Assembly (NCBI GenBank): GCA_033764615.1
Contig: JANRIU010000007.1
Span: forward strand, 16,314 to 80,313
Length of the DNA: 64,000 bases
Reading direction: 5' to 3'
Origin: Gemmatimonadales bacterium
GTDB lineage: Bacteria; Gemmatimonadota; Gemmatimonadetes; Gemmatimonadales; GWC2-71-9
The position numbers and the translations under genes were made by a program. The notes under the pieces were generated by a model. The model was given only the letters and a program-made list of their open reading frames with translations, had not been told where the DNA came from and searched no databases. Shown here piece after piece: positions 28,267-38,304 of this stretch (the first letter of the stretch is position 1; every line of letters begins with the position of its first letter).

Positions 28267-30459
28267 CTACGCCCGCGTGAACTCCTCGCGGATCGGCAGC
28301 CGGCGCACGCGCCTGCCCGTCGCCTGGAAGAGCGCGTTGGCGAGCGCGGCCGCGAGCGGCGGCGTCCCCGGCTCGCCCACGCCGGTCGGGTGCGCCGAGC
28401 TCGGCACGATGTGCACGTCCACGCGCTTCGGCATCTCGGGCAGGCGGAGCGGCTTGTACAGGTGGAAGTTCGTCTCCTGCACCACGCCGTCCACCAGCGT
28501 GATCTCGCCATGCAGCGCGGCCGAGAGCGCGTAGCCGATGCCGCCCTCCATCTGCGCCCTCACCACGTCGGGGTTCACGGCGACGCCGCAGTCGACGGCG
28601 CACGTGACGCGGTCGACGGTGAAGCCGCCCTCCGGCTTCACCGTGACCTCCACCACCTCGGCGACGACCGTGTCGAACGACTCGTGCACGGCGAGCCCGC
28701 GCCCGCGCCCCTTCGGCAGCGGCGCGCCCCACCCCGACCTCGCCACCGCGAGGTCGAGCGCGGCGAGGTGGCGCGGCTTCCCCGCGTAGTGCTTCCGGCG
28801 GTACGCCGCGGCGTCCTCGCCCGCCATCGACGCCAGCTCGTCGATCACCGACTCGACGACGAAGCCGGTGTGCGTGTGCCCCACCGAGCGCCACCACTGC
28901 ACGGGCACCGCGTCCGCGATGACGTGGTTCTCCACCAGCACGTTCGGCACGGTGTAGGCGAGGTTCTTCACGCCCTCCACCGACGCGTCGTCCACGCCGC
29001 CGGCCTTGGCGATCCCCTCCGCGACGCCGGGCAGCCCCGCCATCGGCGACTGGCCGACGATCACGTGCTGCCACGCGACCGGCGCGCCCGCGGCGTCGAT
29101 GCCGGCGCGCACGCGGTGCACGTACATCGGGCGGAACCAGCCGGCCGCCTGGTCGTCCTCGCGCGTCCACTGGAGCTTCACGGGCGCGCGGCCCCGGATC
29201 GCCTTCGCGACCTCGACCGCCTCGAGGATGTAGTCGGAGCGGGGGTTCGCGCGGCGGCCGAACGAGCCGCCGGCCGGCAGCGTGTGGATCACCACCTGCT
29301 CCGGCGCGCAGCCGAGCGCCGCGGCGACGCCGAACTGGTCGCCCGACTGCATCTGCGCGCCGTACCACAGCTCGGCGCCGCCCGCCGGCTTGAGCTCCAC
29401 CACGCAGTTCATCGGCTCCAGCGTGGCGTGCGTGAGGTACGGCACCTCGAACGTCGCCTCCATCACCTGCGCCGCCTTCGCGAGCGCGGTCGCGACGTCC
29501 CCCTCGCGCCGGGCGACGCCGCCCGGCTGCTCGAGCTTCGCGCGGTACGCCTCGACCAGCTGCGCCGAGCCGCGCGTCTTCGCTCGCGAGCGGTCCCACG
29601 TGATGGCGAGCGCGTCGCGCCCCTGCTTCGCGATCCACGTGTTCCGCGCCAGCACCGCGACGCCGGTGGGGATGCGCACCACGTCCACGACGCCGGGGAT
29701 GGCGCGCGCCTTCGCGTCGTCCACGCTCGCGACCGTCGCGCCGAAGACCGGCGGATGCGCGACCACGGCGACGAGCATGCCGGGGCGCTTCACGTCGATG
29801 GTGTACTGGAGCGTGCCGCGGAGCTTGGGCGCGGTGTCGAGCCGCGGCACGTCGCGCCCGATGAGCGTCCACGCCGACGGGGCCTTGAGCGGCACGTCGG
29901 CCGGCACCGGCAGCGTCGCGGCGCGCGATGCCACGGCGCCGAACGTCGCCTGGCGGCGCGTGGCGAGGTGGCGCAGGACGCCGTTGCTGACGGTGACCGC
30001 CTCGGGCGGCACCTTCCACTGCGCCGCCGCCGCCTGCACGAGCATCGCGCGCGCGGTGGCGCCCGCCTTGCGCAGCTGGTCCCACGAGTTGTTGATGGAG
30101 CTCGAGCCGCCGGTCCCCTGCATGCCGCCCCACTGCAGGTTGCCGTAGCGCTTCGCGTCGGCCGGCGCCGACTCGACCACCACCCGGCGCCAGTCGGCGT
30201 CCAGCTCCTCCGCGACGATCGTCGCGAGGCCGGTGTAGGCCCCCTGGCCCATCTCGAGGTGCTTCGAGATGACCGTCACCGTGCCGTCGGTGCCGATGCG
30301 CACGAAGGCGTTCGGCGCGAACGGCGCGGGGAGCGCCGCGTTCACCGGCGGCTCCGCGCCCTCCAGCCGCACGCCGATCAGGAGCCCGCCCGCCGCCGCC
30401 GCGCCGGCGCGCAGCATGTCGCGCCGCGAGACCGCCATCGCCTGGTCGTCCATGGTCAC
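28267..30459 (-). CDS. iorB: Isoquinoline 1-oxidoreductase beta-like molybdopterin-binding subunit
   Basis: Tat-like 'SRRDML', 'HLEMGQG', 'TGGSSS', 'GGSFGRR', 'WWRSVGH', 'GVGEPGTPP'. GTGA overlap with iorA. Confidence 0.9.
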   Translation of the reverse strand: MTMDDQAMAVSRRDMLRAGAAAAGGLLIGVRLEGAEPPVNAALPAPFAPNAFVRIGTDGTVTVISKHLEMGQGAYTGLATIVAEELDADWRRVVVESAPADAKRYGNLQWGGMQGTGGSSSINNSWDQLRKAGATARAMLVQAAAAQWKVPPEAVTVSNGVLRHLATRRQATFGAVASRAATLPVPADVPLKAPSAWTLIGRDVPRLDTAPKLRGTLQYTIDVKRPGMLVAVVAHPPVFGATVASVDDAKARAIPGVVDVVRIPTGVAVLARNTWIAKQGRDALAITWDRSRAKTRGSAQLVEAYRAKLEQPGGVARREGDVATALAKAAQVMEATFEVPYLTHATLEPMNCVVELKPAGGAELWYGAQMQSGDQFGVAAALGCAPEQVVIHTLPAGGSFGRRANPRSDYILEAVEVAKAIRGRAPVKLQWTREDDQAAGWFRPMYVHRVRAGIDAAGAPVAWQHVIVGQSPMAGLPGVAEGIAKAGGVDDASVEGVKNLAYTVPNVLVENHVIADAVPVQWWRSVGHTHTGFVVESVIDELASMAGEDAAAYRRKHYAGKPRHLAALDLAVARSGWGAPLPKGRGRGLAVHESFDTVVAEVVEVTVKPEGGFTVDRVTCAVDCGVAVNPDVVRAQMEGGIGYALSAALHGEITLVDGVVQETNFHLYKPLRLPEMPKRVDVHIVPSSAHPTGVGEPGTPPLAAALANALFQATGRRVRRLPIREEFTRA

Positions 30460-30914
30460 GCTCCCATCGTCGCGGCCGCGTCGTGGATCGCGGCGCGGAT
30501 GCGGACATAGGTGGCGCAGCGGCAGACGTTCCCCTGCATCGCGGCGTCGATGTCGTCGTCGGTCGGCTTCGGGTTGGTGGCGAGGAGCGCGGCGGCGGCC
30601 ATGACCTGTCCCGACTGGCAGTAGCCGCACTGCGGCACCTCGAGCTTCTGCCACGCCGCGCGCACCGCGGCGGCGGCCTTCCCTTGCAGCCCCTCGATGG
30701 TGGTGATCCGCTTCCCCTCGGCGGCCTTCACCGTCGCCGAGCAGGAGCGCATCGGGATGCCGTCCACGTGCACCGTGCACGCGCCGCAGAGCGCCATCCC
30801 GCAGCCGTACTTGGTGCCGGTGAGCCCGAGCTCGTCGCGCAGGGCCCAGAGGAGGGGCATGTCGTCCGGCACGTCCACGCGGACGCGCTTGCCGTTGATG
30901 TCGAGGAGAGCCAT
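30456..30914 (-). CDS. iorA: Isoquinoline 1-oxidoreductase alpha-like (2Fe-2S) subunit
   Basis: '[19 protein letters not shown]', '[10 protein letters not shown]', 'CRCATY'. Start ATG 30914. Confidence 0.93.
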   Translation of the reverse strand: MALLDINGKRVRVDVPDDMPLLWALRDELGLTGTKYGCGMALCGACTVHVDGIPMRSCSATVKAAEGKRITTIEGLQGKAAAAVRAAWQKLEVPQCGYCQSGQVMAAAALLATNPKPTDDDIDAAMQGNVCRCATYVRIRAAIHDAAATMGA

Positions 30915-30951
30915 GCTGGGGCCGTACCCGTGGGGAGTCGCCTGCAAGATA

Positions 30952-30983
30952 GGCGGACCGGCGGACGGGCGGACGGGCGGAAG
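30952..30983 (+). repeat. Octamer x4 element (GGCGGACC GGCGGACG GGCGGACG GGCGGAAG)
   Basis: Read directly; intergenic between pdxH and iorA. Confidence 0.8.
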
Positions 30984-31026
30984 CCGTCACCCGTGGCCTC
31001 CGGCCCGCCAGCCCTCCTGCCCCCCG

Positions 31027-31662
31027 TCACGGCGCCAGCCGCTCCCGCCGCCACCCGTCGCCCGCGCGCACGTAGCGGATGCGGTCGTGCAGCCGGCTCT
31101 CGCGGCCCTGCCAGAACTCGACCGTTTCGTGACGCAGGTGGTACCCGCCCCAGAACGGCGGGCACGGCACCGGCTGCCCCTCGAAGCGCGCGCGCACCTC
31201 CGCGAACTGCCGCTCGAGCGTCGCGCGGTCGGGCACGATGCTGCTCTGCGCGCTCGCCCACGCGCCGAGCTGGGAGTCGCGCGGCCGCTTGGCGAAGTAC
31301 GCCTCGCTCTCCTCGCGCGGCACCTGCGTCACGTGGCCGCGGATGCGCACCTGGCGCTCGAGCAGGTCCCACCAGAAGACGAGGCTCGCGTGCGGCCGCG
31401 TCGCGAGCTCGGTCGCCTTGGCGCTCGTGTAGTTGGTGAAGAACGAGAAGCCGTGCTGGTTGTACGCCTTGAGCAGCACCACGCGCGCGTCGGGGTGGCC
31501 GTCGGCGCCGATCGTCGCGAGCGTCATCGCGTTCGGCTCGATGATCCCCGCCTCGCGCGCCTGCTGGAACCAGCGGCCGAACTCGTCGGCCGGGTCGTCG
31601 GCGACGTCGCCCACGTCGAGCGACGCCAGCCGGTAGCTCCGGCGCAGCGCCTCGACGCTCAC
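31027..31662 (-). CDS. pdxH: Pyridoxamine 5'-phosphate oxidase
   Basis: 'EPNAMTLAT', 'RVVLLK', 'FFTNYTSAK', 'YFAKRPRDSQLGAWAS', 'EFWQGRESRLHDR'. Confidence 0.95.
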   Translation of the reverse strand: MSVEALRRSYRLASLDVGDVADDPADEFGRWFQQAREAGIIEPNAMTLATIGADGHPDARVVLLKAYNQHGFSFFTNYTSAKATELATRPHASLVFWWDLLERQVRIRGHVTQVPREESEAYFAKRPRDSQLGAWASAQSSIVPDRATLERQFAEVRARFEGQPVPCPPFWGGYHLRHETVEFWQGRESRLHDRIRYVRAGDGWRRERLAP

Positions 31663-33038
31663 GGCCGGACCAGGTGGTACTCCACCTGCCGCTTCCAGCC
31701 CCAGCGCGTCGCGCCGTCGGGCCCGACGACCATGTCCTCCTCCTGCGCCGAGCGGACGGGCTGGCCGTCCCACTCGGGCACCGGCGTCGTCACCTGCAGC
31801 TCGATGGAGAACCACATGTTCGGGATGACCGCGTGGTCGCCGCGGCCGGGCACGCCCTCCTGGTAGTCCCACAGGCCGATCAGCGGCCCCGCCCCGTGGC
31901 CGTGCACGCCGATCGGGTGCGAGTAGATCGTCCCGTCGAGGCCGTCGGCGGCGAGCCGGCGGCGCGTGCTCGCGAGGATCTCGTTGCCGGTGCGCCCCGG
32001 CCGGATCTCCTCCATGAGGATGTCCTGCGCGCGGTTCGAGTTGCGGAGCGCCTGCAGGAGCCCGGGCGGCGGCGCCGTCTCCCCCTCCCGCAGCACGTAG
32101 CCGACGTGCTGGATGTCGGTGTTGAGCCGGAGCGCCGTGATGCCGACGTCGCACCAGAGGTGGTCGCCGCGCTCGATCACCGGGTCCTCGCCGAGCCGCT
32201 CGGGCGTCCACCCCTTGCGCTGCACGTTCACGCTCGGCTGGAACCAGGTGCCGAGGCCGAGGTCGTTCACGCGCTGGCGGAAGAACCAGACGAGGTCGCT
32301 CGTGCGCGTCACGCCCGGTGTCACCACCTTGCCCGAGAACATCTCGTCGATCACCGACCAGGTGACCTCCACGAGCCGCTGGAACGTCGCTGCCTCCTCG
32401 GGCGAGCGCGTGGCGATGAGGTCGACGGCGAGCCCCTCCGCCGGCACGAAGCGGCGCGTCCACTTCTCGCCGAGGAACTTCCGCATCCCCTCCAGCTCAC
32501 CGGAGGAGAGCCCGTCGGCGAACGCCCAGGTGCGGCTGGTGTTGATCGCGATGCGCTTCGGGTCGTGCTCGGCGAGCACCTGCGCGAGCACCTCCCACTG
32601 CGAGTCGCCCCAGAGCTCGGCCTGCCGCCCGGTCGACTGCCCGCCCGACGGCACCGCCCTCTGCGAACGCACGGCCTTGAAGACGCCGCCCTGGCTCGTG
32701 CCCCCCAGCGCGATCCGCTCGACGCCCTTCGCGCCCTTGTCGATGAAGACGTAGATCGTCCGCCGGCGCGCGGCGAAGGTGGTCGGCGCGACGAGCGACG
32801 AGAAGACGGGATCCTCGTTGTACTCGCGCATCGGGATGACCCACGCGTCCACCTTGTGGCGGCGCAGGAGCGGCGGGAGCGCGTCGCGCAGGCGCGCGTC
32901 GAGCCAGCGCTGCTGGAGCGCGGCCTGCTCGCGCAGCGTGCCGAGCGGCCGCTCGGCGGTGACGGTGAGCTGCTGGGCGGCAAGCGGCGCGGCGGCGAAC
33001 GCGAGGAGCGCGGCGGTCGCGAGGCGGATGGTCGGCAT
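31659..33038 (-). CDS. Secreted M24-family metallopeptidase
   Basis: Signal peptide and pita-bread metal ligands 'CDVG', 'DIQH', 'HPIGVHGHG', 'SIE', 'EED'. Start ATG 33038. Confidence 0.85.
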   Translation of the reverse strand: MPTIRLATAALLAFAAAPLAAQQLTVTAERPLGTLREQAALQQRWLDARLRDALPPLLRRHKVDAWVIPMREYNEDPVFSSLVAPTTFAARRRTIYVFIDKGAKGVERIALGGTSQGGVFKAVRSQRAVPSGGQSTGRQAELWGDSQWEVLAQVLAEHDPKRIAINTSRTWAFADGLSSGELEGMRKFLGEKWTRRFVPAEGLAVDLIATRSPEEAATFQRLVEVTWSVIDEMFSGKVVTPGVTRTSDLVWFFRQRVNDLGLGTWFQPSVNVQRKGWTPERLGEDPVIERGDHLWCDVGITALRLNTDIQHVGYVLREGETAPPPGLLQALRNSNRAQDILMEEIRPGRTGNEILASTRRRLAADGLDGTIYSHPIGVHGHGAGPLIGLWDYQEGVPGRGDHAVIPNMWFSIELQVTTPVPEWDGQPVRSAQEEDMVVGPDGATRWGWKRQVEYHLVRP

Positions 33039-33087
33039 GCCGGGAAAGCTACCGCGGCCCGGGCACCGTCCCCGGCGGCCACGCCCC

Positions 33088-33972
33088 TCACTCCGCGCGC
33101 ATCGTCGCGAACTCGCCCGTGAGCAGGGATTCGCCCGTCGCCATGCGGCGCAGGTACTCGCCGAGCCGCCGCCGCCCCGCCACCGGGGCGACCGCATCCT
33201 CCACGCTCACGCGCGCGAGGAACGCCAGCGCGTCGCCCACGCGCGGCTGCGCCAGCCGCACGGCGCGCGCGGCACCGAGCGCGAGCGCCGCGGGCACGCG
33301 CAGCTGCCGCGCGCCGCCTGCCGCCTCCGCGATCGCGTCGAGGAGCGCCCGTCGGGTGAACACCTCGGGGCCGCCGACCTCGTGCAGCACGCAGTCGCTC
33401 TCGAGCGCGCGCAGGCACGCGTCGGCGAGGTCCGCCTCGTGGATCGGGTTCGTGCGCGCCGTGCCAGCGCCGAGCCGGGGCAGCACGCCGAGCCGCGCCA
33501 CGGGAAGCAGCTGCGCGAACGAGGCGAAGAAGCCGGTCGCGCGCACGAAGCGGACATCGAACCCGGCATCGGCGAGCGCCGCCTCCGCGCGCCGGTGCGC
33601 CTGCACGTAGCGCGTCCGTTCGGCCGCGCCCGCGGCCACGACGCTCACGTAGAGCACCCGGCGCACGCCGGCCGCCCTCGCCGCGCGCGCGAGCGCGACG
33701 GTGCCCAGGTGGTCGACCGTGTCGAACGTGGCGCGATCGCCCCAGCGCGCGGGGTCGAGCGAGGCACCGGCGCAGTGCACGATCGTGTCGACGTCGCGCA
33801 CGGCCACCTCGAGCGACGCGGCGTCCAGCAGGTCGCCGATGACGACGCGGTCGGCGAGCGGCGGGCGCGCCCCGCCGCGCGACAGCACCCGGATGGGCAG
33901 GCCGCGCGCGGCGAGGCGGGGCAGGAGCCGGCGGCCCAGGACGCCGCCGGCCCCCACGAGCAGGGTCCTCAC
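33088..33972 (-). CDS. NAD(P)-binding atypical SDR / NmrA-like oxidoreductase
   Basis: 'LLVGAGGVLG', 'GDLLD', 'VHCAG', 'RATGFF', 'NPIHEADLA', 'VGGPE'. Start GTG 33972. Confidence 0.82.
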   Translation of the reverse strand: MRTLLVGAGGVLGRRLLPRLAARGLPIRVLSRGGARPPLADRVVIGDLLDAASLEVAVRDVDTIVHCAGASLDPARWGDRATFDTVDHLGTVALARAARAAGVRRVLYVSVVAAGAAERTRYVQAHRRAEAALADAGFDVRFVRATGFFASFAQLLPVARLGVLPRLGAGTARTNPIHEADLADACLRALESDCVLHEVGGPEVFTRRALLDAIAEAAGGARQLRVPAALALGAARAVRLAQPRVGDALAFLARVSVEDAVAPVAGRRRLGEYLRRMATGESLLTGEFATMRAE

Positions 33973-34907
33973 CGGCGGACCCAGATGGGCGCCTCCGCGC
34001 GCCCGGGCCGCGCGAGCCGCGCCACCCGCGCGCCCTCGCGCGTCATCACCGCGATGTCGGAGTCGCCCTGGCGGTTCGCCTGCTCCTCCAGCACGTACGC
34101 GATCCGCTTCCCGTCCGGCGACCACGAGGGCGAGCGCCGGAACTCGGTGCCCGGCAGGGTGTTCACCGCGCCACCCGCCGCCGGCACCAGCGCGATCGCG
34201 AGCCCGTCGCTGCCGCGCTGCTCGGCCGCGATCGTCGTCCCGTCCGGCGACCACGCCGGCGCGAGGAAGGAGGCGACGGCGTTGCCCGGCGTCACCGCCT
34301 GCGCCTGCGTGCCGTCGGCGCGCATCACCCAGATCGCCAGCGGCCCGCCGCGGTTGCTCGAGAAGGCGATCCGCTGCCCGTCCGGCGACCACGCGCCGTC
34401 GTCATCCACCGTCACCGCGGGGAGCGCCGGGGGCGTGAGGTTCCTGCGGTTCGTGCCGTCGGCGTTCATGACCCAGATGTCCCCAAGGCCGTCCGCCTGC
34501 GTGCTCGTGTACAGGATCCGCGTGCCGTCGGGCGAGTAGCGCGGCGCGCGGAAGACCGCGCCATCGGCCCACACCAGGCGCTGCACGATGCGCTCGCGGA
34601 GGTCGTAGCGGTAGAGGTCGTAGGGATGCTCGTCATCGGTGTAGCGCGTGAAGACGACGAAGCGGCCGTCGGGCGAGAGGGTCACGTCCTTGGCGCCGGA
34701 CGTCGCCTCCATCATGATCGGCGCCGCGCTCCCGTCGGCGCGCACGCGCTCGGTCACCGTGCGGAACGGGCCGACCGCGCCCGGCAGGGTGTTCGTGTAG
34801 AGGAGGTCGAACGGCTCCTCGCCCGGACCGTTGGCGTTGTCGTCACACGCCGAGGCCAGCAGGGCGACGGTGAGCGCCGCGAGCGGCGCGAAGGGACGGC
34901 GGGACAT
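33969..34907 (-). CDS. TolB-like lipoprotein with PD40 repeats
   Basis: Lipobox LASAC and repeated 'WSPDG' and 'IWVMNADG' motifs. Confidence 0.85.
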   Translation of the reverse strand: MSRRPFAPLAALTVALLASACDDNANGPGEEPFDLLYTNTLPGAVGPFRTVTERVRADGSAAPIMMEATSGAKDVTLSPDGRFVVFTRYTDDEHPYDLYRYDLRERIVQRLVWADGAVFRAPRYSPDGTRILYTSTQADGLGDIWVMNADGTNRRNLTPPALPAVTVDDDGAWSPDGQRIAFSSNRGGPLAIWVMRADGTQAQAVTPGNAVASFLAPAWSPDGTTIAAEQRGSDGLAIALVPAAGGAVNTLPGTEFRRSPSWSPDGKRIAYVLEEQANRQGDSDIAVMTREGARVARLARPGRAEAPIWVRR

Positions 34908-34960
34908 GGGGAATGCCTTTCGCTTGGGGGTCATGGGGGTCATCGGGGTCGGTCGCCGGC

Positions 34961-35365
34961 TCACAGCGCGGCGCTCATGTCGGTGGTGCGGCCCGCCTGC
35001 ACCGTGAACGGCCGCGGGGCGCCGCCGGTGCGCACGTCGGCGCAGCCGAAGCTCCAGCACGCCTTGAGGTAGTAGGTGCCCGGGGGCAGGTTCCGCAGCG
35101 CGAAGCGCCAGGTGCCGGACTCGCGCGTCATCGGCGCCGTGATGGTCGAGGTCAGCTGCTCCTCGAACTCGGCCACCGAGCGGAACACGCGGACGTGGCC
35201 GCCGGTCGGCGGCGGGTTGTCCTCGTCGAGCAGCCGGATCGCGCCGGTCAGGGCGCCGGTCGTGGCGCCCGGATCATTCGCGTCCGAGCAGGCGGCCACG
35301 GTGGCGAGGCCGGCAGCGAAGAGCAGCTGGCGCACCTGCGCCACGGAGGGGGTCGGAAGGGACAT
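34961..35365 (-). CDS. Small hypothetical lipoprotein with a prealbumin/carboxypeptidase-regulatory-like fold
   Basis: Lipobox TVAAC and 'FALRNLPPGTYYLKA'. Start approximate. Confidence 0.6.
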   Translation of the reverse strand: MSLPTPSVAQVRQLLFAAGLATVAACSDANDPGATTGALTGAIRLLDEDNPPPTGGHVRVFRSVAEFEEQLTSTITAPMTRESGTWRFALRNLPPGTYYLKACWSFGCADVRTGGAPRPFTVQAGRTTDMSAAL

Positions 35366-35487
35366 CGTCATCGCTCCATCGATCGGGGTTCCACCGGCCA
35401 TCGCGTCGTTGCGTCCGGTGTCGTCGGGCGGTACGATAGGCCCCGTTTTCAATGTTTCATCAACCCGCCATCAACTGACCTAACTCG

Positions 35488-38295
35488 TTGCGGCTCAAGC
35501 TCTTCGGAAGCCCGGCGCTGCTCCGGGACGGCGTGCCGACGCAGGGCCAGGCAGCCCAGCGCCGGCGCCTCGGCCTGCTGATGGTGCTCGCCGTCGCCGG
35601 CCGCGATGGCGTGAGCCGCGACCGGCTCGTCGCCCTGCTCTGGCCGGACACCGACGAGACGAAGGGGAAGGCCTCCCTCGCCCAGGCGCTGTACGCCATC
35701 CGGAAGGAGCTGGGCGAGGACGCGATCGAGGGGACGACCGACCTGCGCCTGGGGCCGACGATCGCGTCCGATGTGTCCGAATTCCTGCAGGCGGTGGAGG
35801 AGGGGGACGACCTCTCCGCCGACAAGCTCCGCGCCGGGCCCTTCCTCGACGGCTTCCAGCTCCCGGGCCTCGCCGAGTTCGAGCGGTGGCAGGAGCAGCA
35901 GCGCGAGCGGTTCGAGCAGCAGTGGGTGGCGCTGGTGGAGCGGCGGGCGCGCGCGGCGGAGGCGCGGGGGGACTGGGCCGAGGCCGTGGCGCAGTGGCGG
36001 CGGCTCGCGGGCCACGACCCGCTCAGCGGCCGCTTCGCGCGCGCGCTCGTCCTGGCGCTCATGTCCCTCGGCGACCGCGAGAGCGCGCTCCGCCAGCTGC
36101 GCATCCACGCCGAGCTGCTCCAGAGCGAGCTCGGTCTCCGGCCGGACGGCGAGCTGCGCGCACTCGAGAAGGAGCTGCTGCTGCCGCAGCCGACGGGCGA
36201 GGTGCGGAGCCCCGTGGCGCGGACGCCGGCCGGCACGCCGGCCACCGCGGCCGCACCGCCCCTACCGCCGCCGGCCCCGGCGGCGAGCCCCGCCGTGGCC
36301 ACCGCCCCCGCACCGACGCCGCCCGAGGCACCCGCCGCGCCGCGGCGCCGCGTGCATCCCCTCGCCCTCATCGGCCCCGCCGTCGCGATCGTGGCGTCGC
36401 TCCTCGTCGTGGTGCTCGGCACGGGGCGCCGCGACCGTACGGCGGAGCGCGACCTGTTCACCCCGCTCGCCGCGACCTCGGCACCGGTGCTCGCGCTCGG
36501 CGCCGTGACGGCCGACAGCTCGGCCGCGCCCACCGCGCGGCTCATCGCCGAGATGCTCGCGACCGGGCTCGCCCAGCTGCCCGGCGTGGAGGTGGTGGCG
36601 AGCAGCCGCCTGCGCGAGCTCATCCCCGACACCGCCACCGACTCCGCGCGCGCGCTCGCCGACGCCGCGCGGCGTGCCGGCGCCGTCGACCTGGTGGAGG
36701 GGACGCTCGCCCGCCGCCCGGACGACCGGTACCGGCTCGACGTGCGCCTCGTGGCCCTCGCCGACGGCAAGGTCCGCGCGACCGCGCGCGGCGAGGGCGC
36801 CGACCCGCTCGCGCTGGTCGACGAGGTGACCGGCACGCTCGCGCGCGCGTTGCAGGTGGGTGCGCCGGCGCAGTCGCTCGGCGAGGTGTCGACCAAGTCG
36901 CTCGTGGCGTGGCAGTTCTACGAGGAGGGAATGCGCGCGTGGCAGGATGGGCGCGCGGCCGGCGCGCGCCTGCTGTTCGAGCGCGCGCTCGCCGAGGACT
37001 CGACCTTCGCGCTCGCCGCGTTCCGCGCGTCCTGGGTGGCGGGAGACCGCGCGGCGGAGATCCGGACGCTCGAGCGCGCGCGCCGGCTCGCGCGGCACGC
37101 GTCGCCGCGCGAGGCGCTGCTCATCCGCGCCGCGTGGGCCAACGCGGTCGACGATCCGTCGCGCCGGGCGGTGGCCGAGTCGCTGGTGGCCGCGTGGCCC
37201 GCCGACCTGGAGGCGCGGGTCGCGCTCGCCGAGGCGCTGCTCTGGAACGGCGAGACGGCGCCGGCGATCGCGCAGCTCCGCCACGTGGTGCGCGCGGACG
37301 CCGCGTCCATCGGCCCCGGGCAGGGCCAGGCGCGCTGCCTCGGCTGCGAGGCGCTCGGCCGGCTGCAGTTCTACTACCTGATGGCCGACTCGGTCGAGCA
37401 GGCCCTCGCGGTCGGGCGCGCCTCGGTCCGCCGCCAACCGACGGACGCCCCCGCCTGGAGCCGCCTCGCCGAGACGCTGATGGCCGCGGGACGCACGGAC
37501 GAGCTGCGCGGCGTGCTCGACACCGTGGCGCAGCTCGACGCCAGGCGCGCCGCCGGCCTCCGGCTGCTCCACGCCGTGCGCGAGGGCGACCTCGCCGGCA
37601 TCTCGCTCGAGCTGCCCCGCCTGCGGCTCGACACCGCGCGCGCCGCACGCGGCCGGCTCCACTGGACGGAGAGCCGCGCCTGGCGCGAGATGGGGCGGCC
37701 GCGCGATGCGCTCGCGCCGGCCATCAAGGCGAGGCTGCTGGTGCAGGACGAGTGGCCCGCGGGCGTCCTCCCCGCCGAAGCGACGCTCGAGGCGATCGCG
37801 GCGTTCGAGGCGGGCGACCTCGCGCGCGCCGCGGCGGTCTGGGACTCGATGGGCCGCCGCCCCGACCCGCGGGAGCCGCCGTCGCTGCAGGCGCGCCATC
37901 GCGTCTGGTTCGGCACGCTCGCCGCCGAGGCGCGTGCCGCGGGGGGAGACACGACGGGGCTCGCGCAGCTCGCCGACTCCTTCGCGATCGACGGCCAGCG
38001 CAGCGCCTACGGCCGCGACCGCCGCCTGCACCACCACCTCCGTGGCCTGCTGCACCAGGCCCGCGGCGAGGACGCGCAGGCGATCGCCGAGTTCCGCCAG
38101 GCGATCTTCTCGCCGGTGATCGGCTTCACGCGCACCAACCTGCACCTCGCGCGCCTGCTCGCGAAGGCCGGCCGCCGCGAGGAGGCGGCCACGCTCCTCC
38201 GCCAGGCGCTCCGCGGCAACCTCGACGGCGCCAACCTCTACGTCGCCCGGCGCCTCCTCCGCGCCGAGCTCGCGCGCCTCACCGGCGCGGGCTGA
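35488..38295 (+). CDS. SARP-like wHTH-BTAD transcriptional regulator with a transmembrane helix and TPR repeats
   Basis: 'SRDRLVALLWPD', 'LAQALYAIRKELG', 'GPFLDGF', 'DPLSGR', Pro-rich linker, one TM helix, then TPR-like helices. TTG start. Confidence 0.85.
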   Translation: MRLKLFGSPALLRDGVPTQGQAAQRRRLGLLMVLAVAGRDGVSRDRLVALLWPDTDETKGKASLAQALYAIRKELGEDAIEGTTDLRLGPTIASDVSEFLQAVEEGDDLSADKLRAGPFLDGFQLPGLAEFERWQEQQRERFEQQWVALVERRARAAEARGDWAEAVAQWRRLAGHDPLSGRFARALVLALMSLGDRESALRQLRIHAELLQSELGLRPDGELRALEKELLLPQPTGEVRSPVARTPAGTPATAAAPPLPPPAPAASPAVATAPAPTPPEAPAAPRRRVHPLALIGPAVAIVASLLVVVLGTGRRDRTAERDLFTPLAATSAPVLALGAVTADSSAAPTARLIAEMLATGLAQLPGVEVVASSRLRELIPDTATDSARALADAARRAGAVDLVEGTLARRPDDRYRLDVRLVALADGKVRATARGEGADPLALVDEVTGTLARALQVGAPAQSLGEVSTKSLVAWQFYEEGMRAWQDGRAAGARLLFERALAEDSTFALAAFRASWVAGDRAAEIRTLERARRLARHASPREALLIRAAWANAVDDPSRRAVAESLVAAWPADLEARVALAEALLWNGETAPAIAQLRHVVRADAASIGPGQGQARCLGCEALGRLQFYYLMADSVEQALAVGRASVRRQPTDAPAWSRLAETLMAAGRTDELRGVLDTVAQLDARRAAGLRLLHAVREGDLAGISLELPRLRLDTARAARGRLHWTESRAWREMGRPRDALAPAIKARLLVQDEWPAGVLPAEATLEAIAAFEAGDLARAAAVWDSMGRRPDPREPPSLQARHRVWFGTLAAEARAAGGDTTGLAQLADSFAIDGQRSAYGRDRRLHHHLRGLLHQARGEDAQAIAEFRQAIFSPVIGFTRTNLHLARLLAKAGRREEAATLLRQALRGNLDGANLYVARRLLRAELARLTGAG

Positions 38296-38304
38296 ACGCG
38301 TCGC

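Noticed and set aside
27755-30914. Functional link between iorAB, the GlcG heme-binding protein and LPOR as a tetrapyrrole pathway
   Set aside because: Co-orientation is the only support. IorAB and GlcG genes are common and gaps of more than 100 bp separate the units.
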